Positions 42,618 to 55,100 of a stretch of 64,000 bases of DNA are shown here, one piece after another (position 1 is the stretch's first letter; each line of letters starts with the position of its first letter). The position numbers and the translations under genes are program-made. Source of the DNA: the human T2T-CHM13v2.0 reference genome, Homo sapiens; NCBI RefSeq assembly GCF_009914755.1, contig NC_060948.1; one strand, written 5' to 3'. The notes below the pieces were generated by a model. The model was not told the DNA's origin, did not search any database, and worked only from the letters and a program-made list of their open reading frames with translations.

Positions 42618-45600
42618 GAATGGAATTGATAGGAACGGAATGGAAAGGAATGAAATGATTTGGCATGGAATGGAATCGAATGGCATCGAATGGAATGGAA
42701 TGGAATGCAATGCAATGGAATGTATTAGAATGTAATGAACTTTAATGGAATGTACTCGAATGGATTCGACTGGAATGGAATGTTCTGGAAGTGAATGGAC
42801 TCCAATGGAATGGATTGAAAAGGAATGGAATCGTACGGAATGGAATCTAATGGAATGGAATTAAATGGAAATGAATCAAATTGAACAGCACGGAATTGAA
42901 TTGAATGGAATCGAATGCAATGGAATCTAATGAAACGGAAAGTAAAGGAATGGAATGGAATGGAATGGGCTGGAATGGAAAGGAATCGAAAGGAATGGAA
43001 TGGAATCGAACTGAGGAGACTGGAATGGAATGCACTTCAACGGAAGGGAGTGTAATGGAAGGTTCTCGAAAAAAATGGAAACGAATGCAATGGAATTGAA
43101 TGGAACGGTATAGAGTCGAATGGAATTGAATGGAATGGAATGGACTAGAGTGAAATGGAATCGAACCACAAGGAATGGACAGGAATAGAATGGTCTCGAA
43201 TTGAATGGAATCGTATGGAATGGCATCAAACGGAATGGAATGGACAGCCACGGAATGGAATGCACTCGAATGCAATGGAGTCGAAACTAATGGACTGGAA
43301 TAGAATGGACTCGACTGGTATGGACTCCAATGGAATGGAATCGAATGGAAGGGAATCGAACGGAATGGACTCGAAGGGAAAAGACTGCAATGGAAAGGTC
43401 TCGAATGGAATGGAAATTAATGGAATGGAATGGAATCGAATGAAATGGAGTCAAAAGGAATGGAATTGAATGGCAAGAAATCGAATGTAATGGAATCACA
43501 AGGAATTGATGTGAACGGAATGGAATGGAATGGAATCCAAAGGAATGGAATAGAATGGAATGGAATCGAATGGAAAGGACTCGAATGGAAATCACTCGAA
43601 TAGAATGCAATTTAATAAAATAGGATGAAATGTAATGGAATGGAATGGAAAGGAATCGAAACGAAAGGAATGGAGACAGATGGAATGGAATGGAACAGAG
43701 AGCAATGGTATAGAATGGAATGGAATCATCTGGAATGGAATTGAATGGAATGGAATAATATGAAATGGAATGGAATGGAATGGAATGCCCTTGAATTAAA
43801 TGGACTGGAATGGAATGGACTCGAACAGAGTGGAATGGAAAGTGTTGAGATAGAATGGAATGGACTCCTTTGGAATGGTCTAGTATGCAATGCAATGGAC
43901 TGGCAGGGAATCAAAAGGAATGTAATCGAATGGATTGGACTGGAATGCAATGGACTCGAATAGATTGGAAACGGAATGCAAAGGAATGGAATGGAATAGT
44001 ATGGAATGGAATGGAAAGGAATGGAGTGGAATAGACTAGAGTGGAATGGAATGGACTGGAAAGCAATGGACTGGAATGGAACTTTCTTGAATGGACTGGA
44101 ATCAAACGGAATGGAATGCAATGCAATCAAATGGCATGGAATAAAATAGAATGAAAGAGAATCAAATGGAATTGAATCGAATGGAATCGAATGGATTGGA
44201 AAGGAATAGAATGGAATGGAATGGAATTGACTCAAATGGAATGGACTAGAATGGAATGGATTCGAATGGAAGGCAAAGGAATGGAATCTATCGGAATGGA
44301 CAGCAATGGAATGGAAAGGAAGGGATTGGAATGGACTCGAATGGAATGGACTGCAATAGAAAGGATTCGAATGGAATGAAAAAGAATTGAATGGAATAGA
44401 ACAGAATGGAATCAAATCGAATGAAATGGAATGGAATAGAAAGGAATGGAATGAAATGGAATGGAAAGGATTCGAATGGAATGGAATCGAACGGAATGGA
44501 ATAAAATGGAAGCAAACTGGCAAGAAATGGAATCGAAATGAATGGAGTGTTATGGAACGGACTCAAAAGGAATTGAATGTAATAGAATGGAGTGGAGTGG
44601 ACTCGAATATAATGGACTGGAATGGAATGAAATCACATGGAATGGGAACGAATGGAATTGAATGGAAAGGAATGGAATCGAATGGAAAGGAATCGAATGG
44701 AAGGGAATGAAATTGAATCAACAGGAATGGAAGGGAATAGAATAGACGGTAATGGAATGGACTCGAATAGAATGGACACGAATGCTCAAATTGAATGGAC
44801 TCGAATGGAATGGAAACGAAAGGAATGTCATCGAATGGAATTGAATCGATTGGAATGAAATGGCATAGAATGGAGTGGAATCAAATGGAATTGAATCGAA
44901 AGGAAAGGAAGCGAATGGACTGAAATGAAATGGAATGGAATTGAATGGAAAGTAAAGCAATGGAATAGAATGGAACGAAATTTCACGGAATGGTATCAAA
45001 CTGAATGGAATCAAATCAATGGAATATAATCAAATGGAATGGAAAGGAATTGAATGGAGTAGATGGGATTGGATGGGATTGGAATGAAATGTACTGGAAA
45101 GGACTCGAATTTCATGAAACGGAATGGAATGAATTGGAACGGAATGGACTCGAATGGAATGGAATGTCATGGAATGGCATCAAATGGAATGGCATCAAAT
45201 GGAATGGAATCGAATGCAATGGAATGCTATGGAATGGAATGGAATGCATTGGAATGGAATGTCCTCTAATGGAATGGATTCGAGTGGAATGGAATCGAAT
45301 ATAATGGAGTCGAATGAAATGGAATTGAAAGGAATGGGATCGAATACAATGGAATATACTGGAATGTAACGTAATGAACTCGAATGTAATTGACTGGAAT
45401 GGAATGTACATGAATGGAATGTAATCAAATGGAAAGTAATCCAATGGAATAGAATCTAATGCAATAAAATCGACTCAGATAGAGTAGAATGTAATGGAAT
45501 GGAGTGCAGTGCAATGGAATGGAATGGAATGGAATGCAATGGAATGGAATGGAATGGGATGGAATGGTATGGAATGGAATGGAATGGAATGGAATGGGAT

Positions 45601-46176
45601 GGAATGGTATGGAATGGATAGTAATGGATTGGAATGAAGTGGACAGGAAAGGAATGGACTCAAATTGAAAGGGCTCGAAAGGAATGGAGTCAAATGGAAT
45701 GGTCTGGAATGGAATGAACACGAATGTAATGCAATCCAATAGAATGGAATCGAATGGCATGGAATATAAAGAAATGGAATCGAAGAGAATGGAAACAAAC
45801 GGAATGGAATTGAATGGAATGGAATTGAATGGAATGGGAACGAATGGAGTGAAATTGTATGCAGTAGAAGAGAATAGAATGGAATGCAAGCGAAAGGAAA
45901 GGAATGGATTGGAATGGAATGGAATTCATTGGAATGGAAGGGAATGTAGTGTAATGGACAGGCCTGGAATAAAGTGGAATGCTACGGTCTCGAATGGAAT
46001 AAAAATGTATGGAATGGAATGCAATGAAACGGAATCGAATGTCATAGAATGTAATGGAATGCAAAAAAATGGACTCCGAAATCATTGACTGGAAAGGCTG
46101 GGTGTCGAAAGGAATTGACTCCAATGGAATGGAATCGAATGGAATGGAAGTGAATAGAATCGAACTAAATCGAATG
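42618..46176 (+). repeat. DYZ1 unit U13 (3,559 bp, B type with 15-bp deletion and many private variants)
   Basis: ORF anchors 42847 to 46406; deletion at ~44472-44483. Confidence 0.92.
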
Positions 46177-49100
46177 GAATGGAATTGATAGGAACGGAAT
46201 GGAAAGGAATGAAATGATTTGGCATGGAATGGAATCGAATGGCATCGAATGGAATGGAATGGAATGCAATGCAATGGAATGTATTAGAATGTAATGAACT
46301 TTAATGGAATGTACTCGAATGGATTCGACTGGAATGGAATGTTCTGGAAGTGAATGGACTCCAATGGAATGGATTGAAAAGGAATGGAATCGTACGGAAT
46401 GGAATCTAATGGAATGGAATTAAATGGAAATGAATGAAATTGAATAGCACGGAATTGAATTGAATGGAATCGAATGCAATGGAATCTAATGAAACGGAAA
46501 GAAAAGGAATGGAATGGAATGGAATGGGCTGGAATGGAAAGGAATCGAAACGAATGGAATGGAATCGAACTGAGGAGACTGGAATGGAATGCACTTCAAC
46601 GGAAGGGAGTGTAATGGAAGGTTCTCGAAAAAAATGGAAACGAATGGAATGGAATTGAATGGAACGGAATAGAGTCGAATGGAATTGAATGGAATGGAAT
46701 GGACTAGAGTGAAATGGAATCGAACCACAAGGAATGGACAGGAATAGAATGGTCTCGAATTGAATGGAATCGTATGGAATGGCATCAAACGGAATGGAAT
46801 GGACAGCCACGGAATGGAATGCACTCGAATGCAATGGAGTCGAAACTAATGGACTGGAATAGAATGGACTCGACTGGTACGGACTCCAATGGAATGGAAT
46901 CGAATGGAAGGGAATCGAACGCAATGGACTCGAAGGGAAAAGACTGCAATGGAAAGGTCTCGAATGGAATGGAAATTAATGGAATGGAATGGAATCGAAT
47001 GAAATGGAGTCAAAAGGAATGGAATTGAATGGCAAGAAATCGAATGTAATGGAATCACAAGGAATTGATGTGAACGGAACGGAATGGAATGGAATCCAAA
47101 GGAATGGAATAGAATGGAATGGAATCGAATGGAAAGGACTCGAATGGAAATCACTCGAATAGAATGCAATTTAATAAAATAGGATGAAATGTAATGGAAT
47201 GGAATGGAAAGGAATCGAAACGAAAGGAATGGAGACAGATGGAATGGAATGGAACAGAGAGCAATGGTATAGAATGGAATGGAATCATCTGGAATGGAAT
47301 TGAATGGAATGGAATAATATGAAATGGAATGGAATGGAATGGAATGCCCTTGAATTAAATGGACTGGAATGGAATGGACTCGAACAGAGTGGAATGGAAA
47401 GTGTTGAGATAGAATGGAATGGACTCCTTTGGAATGGTCTAGTATGCAATGCAATGGACTGGCAGGGAATCAAAAGGAATGTAATCGAATGGATTGGACT
47501 GGAATGCAATGGACTCGAATAGATTGGAAACGGAATGCAAAGGAATGGAATGGAATAGTATGGAATGGAATGGAAAGGAATGGAGTGGAATAGACTAGAG
47601 TGGAATGGAATGGACTCGAAAGCAATGGACTGGAATGGAACTTTCTTGAATGGACTGGAATCAAACGGAATGGAATGCAATGCAATCAAATGGCATGGAA
47701 TAAAATAGAATGAAAGAGAATCAAATGGAATTGAATCGAATGGAATCGAATGGATTGGAAAGGAATAGAATGGAATGGAATGGAATTGACTCAAATGGAA
47801 TGGACTAGAATGGAATGGATTCGAATGGAAGGCAAAGGAATGGAATCTATTGGAATGGACAGCAATGGAATGGAAAGGAAGGGATTGGAATGGACTCGAA
47901 TGGAATGGACTGCAATAGAAACGATTCGAATGGAATGAAAAAGAATTGAATGGAATAGAACAGAATGGAATCAAATCGAATGAAATGGAATGGAATAGAA
48001 AGGAATGGAATGAAATGGAATGGAAAGGATTCGAATGGAATGCAATCGAATGGAATGGAATCGAACGGAATGGAATAAAATGGAAGAAAACTGGCAAGAA
48101 ATGGAATCGAAATGAATGGAGTGTTATGGAACGGACTCCAAAGGAATTGAATGTAATAGAATGGAGTGGAGTGGACTCGAATATAATGGACTGGAATGGA
48201 ATGAAATCACATGGAATGGGAACGAATGGAATGGAATGGAAAGGAATGGAATCGAATGGAAAGGAATCGAATGGAAGGGAATGAAATTGAATCAACAGGA
48301 ATGGAAGGGAATAGAATAGACGGTAATGGAATGGACTCGAATAGAATGGACACGAATGCTCAAATTGAATGGACTCGAATGGAATGGAAACGAAAGGAAT
48401 GTCATCGAATGGAATTGAATCGATTGGAATGAAATGGCATAGAATGGAGTGGAATCAAATGGAATTGAATCGAAAGGAAAGGAAGCGAATGGACTGAAAT
48501 GAAATGGAATGGAATTGAATGGAAAGGAAAGCAATGGAATAGAATGGAACGAAATTTCACGGAATGGAATCAAACTGAATGGAATCAAATCAATGGAATA
48601 TAATCAAATGGAATGGAAAGGAATTGAATGGAGTAGATGGGATTGGATGGGATTGGAATGAAATGTACTGGAAAGGACTCGAATTTCATGAAACGGAATG
48701 GAATGAATTGGAACGGAATGGACTCGAATGGAATGGAATGTCATGGAATGGCATCAAATGGAATGGCATCAAATGGAATGGAATCGAATGCAATGGAATG
48801 CTATGGAATGGAATGGAATGCATTGGAATGGAATGTCCTCTAATGGAATGGATTCGAGTGGAATGGAATCGAATATAATGGAGTCGAATGAAATGGAATT
48901 GAAAGGAATGGGATCGAATACAATGGAATATACTGGAATGTAATGTAATGAAGTCGAATGTAATTGACTGGAATGGAATGTACATGAATGGAATGTAATC
49001 AAATGGAAAGTAATCCAATGGAATAGAATCTAATGCAATAAAATCGACTCAGATAGAGTAGAATGTAATGGAATGGAGTGCAGTGCAATGGAATGGAATG

Positions 49101-52100
49101 GAATGGAATGCAATGGAATGGAATGGAATGGGATGGAATGGTATGGAATGGAATGGAATGGAATGGAATGGGATGGAATGGTATGGAATGGATAGTAATG
49201 GATTGGAATGAAGTGGACAGGAAAGGAATGGACTCAAATTGAAAGGGCTCGAAAGGAATGGAGTCAAATGGAATGGTCTGGAATGGAATGAACACGAATG
49301 TAATGCAATCCAATAGAATGGAATCGAATGGCATGGAATATAAAGAAATGGAATCGAAGAGAATGGAAACAAACGGAATGGAATTGATTGGAATGGAATT
49401 GAATGGAATGGGAACGAATGGAGTGAAATTGTATGCAGTAGAAGAGAATAGAATGGAATGCAAGCGAAAGGAAAGGAATGGATTGGAATGGAATGGAATT
49501 CATTGGAATGGAAGGGAATGTAGTGTAATGGACAGGCCTGGAATAAAGTGGAATGCTACGGTCTCGAATGGAATAAAAATGTATGGAATGGAATGCAATG
49601 AAACGGAATCGAATGTCATAGAATGTAATGGAATGCAAAAAAATGGACTCCGAAATCATTGACTGGAAAGGCTGGGTGTCGAAAGGAATTGACTCCAATG
49701 GAATGGAATCGAATGGAATGGAAGTGAATAGAATCGAACTAAATCGAATGGAATGGAATTGATAGGAACTGAATGGAAAGGAATGAAATGATTTGGCATG
49801 GAATGGAATCGAATGGCATCGAATGGAATGGAATGGAATGCAATGCAATGGAATGTATTAGAATGTAATGAACTTTAATGGAATGTACTCGAATGGATTC
49901 GACTGGAATGGAATGTTCTGGAAGTGAATGGACTCCAATGGAATGGATTGAAAAGGAATGGAATCGTACGGAATGGAATCTAATGGAATGGAATTAAATG
50001 GAAATGAATGAAATTGAATAGCACGGAATTGAATTGAATGGAATCGAATGCAATGGAATCTAATGAAACGGAAAGAAAAGGAATGGAATGGAATGGAATG
50101 GGCTGGAATGGAAAGGAATCGAAACGAATGGAATGGAATCGAACTGAGGAGACTGGAATGGAATGCACTTCAACGGAAGGGAGTGTAATGGAAGGTTCTC
50201 GAAAAAAATGGAAACGAATGGAATGGAATTGAATGGAACGGAATAGAGTCGAATGGAATTGAATGGAATGGAATAGACTAGAGTGAAATGGAATCGAACC
50301 ACAAGGAATGGACAGGAATAGAATGGTCTCGAATTGAATGGAATCGTATGGAATGGCATCAAACGGAATGGAATGGACAGCCACGGAATGGAATGCACTC
50401 GAATGCAATGGAGTCGAAACTAATGGACTGGAATAGAATGGACTCGACTGGTACGGACTCCAATGGAATGGAATCGAATGGAAGGGAATCGAACGCAATG
50501 GACTCGAAGGGAAAAGACTGCAATGGAAAGGTCTCGAATGGAATGGAAATTAATGGAATGGAATGGAATCGAATGAAATGGAGTCAAAAGGAATGGAATT
50601 GAATGGCAAGAAATCGAATGTAATGGAATCACAAGGAATTGATGTGAACGGAACGGAATGGAATGGAATCCAAAGGAATGGAATAGAATGGAATGGAATC
50701 GAATGGAAAGGACTCGAATGGAAATCACTCGAATAGAATGCAATTTAATAAAATAGGATGAAATGTAATGGAATGGAATGGAAAGGAATCGAAACGAAAG
50801 GAATGGAGACAGATGGAATGGAATGGAACAGAGAGCAATGGTATAGAATGGAATGGAATCATCTGGAATGGAATTGAATGGAATGGAATAATATGAAATG
50901 GAATGGAATGGAATGGAATGCCCTTGAATTAAATGGACTGGAATGGAATGGACTCGAACAGAGTGGAATGGAAAGTGTTGAGATAGAATGGAATGGACTC
51001 CTTTGGAATGGTCTAGTATGCAATGCAATGGACTGGCAGGGAATCAAAAGGAATGTAATCGAATGGATTGGACTGGAATGCAATGGACTCGAATAGATTG
51101 GAAACGGAATGCAAAGGAATGGAATGGAATAGTATGGAATGGAATGGAAAGGAATGGAGTGGAATAGACTAGAGTGGAATGGAATGGACTCGAAAGCAAT
51201 GGACTGGAATGGAACTTTCTTGAATGGACTGGAATCAAACGGAATGGAATGCAATGCAATCAAATGGCATGGAATAAAATAGAATGAAAGAGAATCAAAT
51301 GGAATTGAATCGAATGGAATCGAATGGATTGGAAAGGAATAGAATGGAATGGAATGGAATTGACTCAAATGGAATGGACTAGAATGGAATGGATTCGAAT
51401 GGAAGGCAAAGGAATGGAATCTATTGGAATGGACAGCAATGGAATGGAAAGGAAGGGATTGGAATGGACTCGAATGGAATGGACTGCAATAGAAAGGATT
51501 CGAATGGAATGAAAAAGAATTGAATGGAATAGAACAGAATGGAATCAAATCGAATGAAATGGAATGGAATAGAAAGGAATGGAATGAAATGGAATGGAAA
51601 GGATTCGAATGGAATGCAATCGAATGGAATGGAATCAAACGGAATGGAATAAAATGGAAGCAAACTGGCAAGAAATGGAATCGAAATGAATGGAGTGTTA
51701 TGGAACGGACTCAAAAGGAATTGAATGTAATAGAATGGAGTGGAGTGGACTCGAATATAATGGACTGGAATGGAATGAAATCACATGGAATGGGAACGAA
51801 TGGAATGGAATGGAAAGGAATGGAATCGAATGGAAAGGAATCGAATGGAAGGGAATGAAATTGAATCAACAGGAATGGAAGGGAATAGAATAGACGGTAA
51901 AGGAATGGACTCGAATAGAATGGACACGAATGCTCAAATTGAATGGACTCGAATGGAATGGAAACGAAAGGAATGTCATCGAATGGAATTGAATCGATTG
52001 GAATGAAATCGCATAGAATGGAGTGGAATCAAATGGAATTGAATCGAAAGGAAAGGAAGCGAATGGACTGAAATGAAATGGAATGGAATTGAATGGAAAG

Positions 52101-55100
52101 TAAAGCAATGGAATAGAATGGAACGAAATTTCACGGAATGGTATCAAACTGAATGGAATCAAATCAATGGAATATAATCAAATGGAATGGAAAGGAATTG
52201 AATGGAGTAGATGGGATTGGATGGGATTGGAATGAAATGTACTGGAAAGGACTCGAATTTCATGAAACGGAATGGAATGAATTGGAACGGAATGGACTCG
52301 AATGGAATGGAATGTCATGGAATGGCATCAAATGGAATGGCATCAAATGGAATGGAATCGAATGCAATGGAATGCTATGGAATGGAATGGAATGCATTGG
52401 AATGGAATGTCCTCTAATGGAATGGATTCGAGTGGAATGGAATCGAATATAATGGAGTCGAATGAAATGGAATTGAAAGGAATGGGATCGAATACAATGG
52501 AATATACTGGAATGTAACGTAATGAAGTCGAATGTAATTGACTGGAATGGAATGTACATGAATGGAATGTAATCAAATGGAAAGTAATCCAATGGAATAG
52601 AATCTAATGCAATAAAATCGACTCAGATAGAGTAGAATGTAATGGAATGGAGTGCAGTGCAATGGAATGGAATGGAATGGAATGCAATGGAATGGAATGG
52701 AATGGGATGGAATGGTATGGAATGGAATGGAATGGAATGGAATGGGATGGAATGGTATGGAATGGATAGTAATGGATTGGAATGAAGTGGACAGGAAAGG
52801 AATGGACTCAAATTGAAAGGGCTCGAAAGGAATGGAGTCAAATGGAATGGTCTGGAATGGAATGAACACGAATGTAATGCAATCCAATAGAATGGAATCG
52901 AATGGCATGGAATATAAAGAAATGGAATCGAAGAGAATGGAAACAAACGGAATGGAATTGAATGGAATGGAATTGAATGGAATGGGAACGAATGGAGTGA
53001 AATTGTATGCAGTAGAAGAGAATAGAATGGAATGCAAGCGAAAGGAAAGGAATGGATTGGAATGGAATGGAATTCATTGGAATGGAAGGGAATGTAGTGT
53101 AATGGACAGGCCTGGAATAAAGTGGAATGCTACGGTCTCGAATGGAATAAAAATGTATGGAATGGAATGCAATGAAACGGAATCGAATGTCATAGAATGT
53201 AATGGAATGCAAAAAAATGGACTCCGAAATCATTGACTGGAAAGGCTGGGTGTCGAAAGGAATTGACTCCAATGGAATGGAATCGAATGGAATGGAAGTG
53301 AATAGAATCGAACTAAATCGAATGGAATGGAATTGATAGGAACTGAATGGAAAGGAATGAAATGATTTGGCATGGAATGGAATCGAATGGCATCGAATGG
53401 AATGGAATGGAATGCAATGCAATGGAATGTATTAGAATGTAATGAACTTTAATGGAATGTACTCGAATGGATTCGACTGGAATGGAATGTTCTGGAAGTG
53501 AATGGACTCCAATGGAATGGATTGAAAAGGAATGGAATCGTACGGAATGGAATCTAATGGAATGGAATTAAATGGAAATGAATGAAATTGAATAGCACGG
53601 AATTGAATTGAATGGAATCGAATGCAATGGAATCTAATGAAACGGAAAGAAAAGGAATGGAATGGAATGGAATGGGCTGGAATGGAAAGGAATCGAAACG
53701 AATGGAATGGAATCGAACTGAGGAGACTGGAATGGAATGCACTTCAACGGAAGGGAGTGTAATGGAAGGTTCTCGAAAAAAATGGAAACGAATGGAATGG
53801 AATTGAATGGAACGGAATAGAGTCGAATGGAATTGAATGGAATGGAATGGACTAGAGTGAAATGGAATCGAACCACAAGGAATGGACAGGAATAGAATGG
53901 TCTCGAATTGAATGGAATCGTATGGAATGGCATCAAACGGAATGGAATGGACAGCCACGGAATGGAATGCACTCGAATGCAATGGAGTCGAAACTAATGG
54001 ACTGGAATAGAATGGACTCGACTGGTACGGACTCCAATGGAATGGAATCGAATGGAAGGGAATCGAACGCAATGGACTCGAAGGGAAAAGACTGCAATGG
54101 AAAGGTCTCGAATGGAATGGAAATTAATGGAATGGAATGGAATCGAATGAAATGGAGTCAAAAGGAATGGAATTGAATGGCAAGAAATCGAATGTAATGG
54201 AATCACAAGGAATTGATGTGAACGGAACGGAATGGAATGGAATCCAAAGGAATGGAATAGAATGGAATGGAATCGAATGGAAAGGACTCGAATGGAAATC
54301 ACTCGAATAGAATGCAATTTAATAAAATAGGATGAAATGTAATGGAATGGAATGGAAAGGAATCGAAACGAAAGGAATGGAGACAGATGGAATGGAATGG
54401 AACAGAGAGCAATGGTATAGAATGGAATGGAATCATCTGGAATGGAATTGAATGGAATGGAATAATATGAAATGGAATGGAATGGAATGGAATGCCCTTG
54501 AATTAAATGGACTGGAATGGAATGGACTCGAACAGAGTGGAATGGAAAGTGTTGAGATAGAATGGAATGGACTCCTTTGGAATGGTCTAGTATGCAATGC
54601 AATGGACTGGCAGGGAATCAAAAGGAATGTAATCGAATGGATTGGACTGGAATGCAATGGACTCGAATAGATTGGAAACGGAATGCAAAGGAATGGAATG
54701 GAATAGTATGGAATGGAATGGAAAGGAATGGAGTGGAATAGACTAGAGTGGAATGGAATGGACTCGAAAGCAATGGACTGGAATGGAACTTTCTTGAATG
54801 GACTGGAATCAAACGGAATGGAATGCAATGCAATCAAATGGCATGGAATAAAATAGAATGAAAGAGAATCAAATGGAATTGAATCGAATGGAATCGAATG
54901 GATTGGAAAGGAATAGAATGGAATGGAATGGAATTGACTCAAATGGAATGGACTAGAATGGAATGGATTCGAATGGAAGGCAAAGGAATGGAATCTATTG
55001 GAATGGACAGCAATGGAATGGAAAGGAAGGGATTGGAATGGACTCGAATGGAATGGACTGCAATAGAAAGGATTCGAATGGAATGAAAAAGAATTGAATG

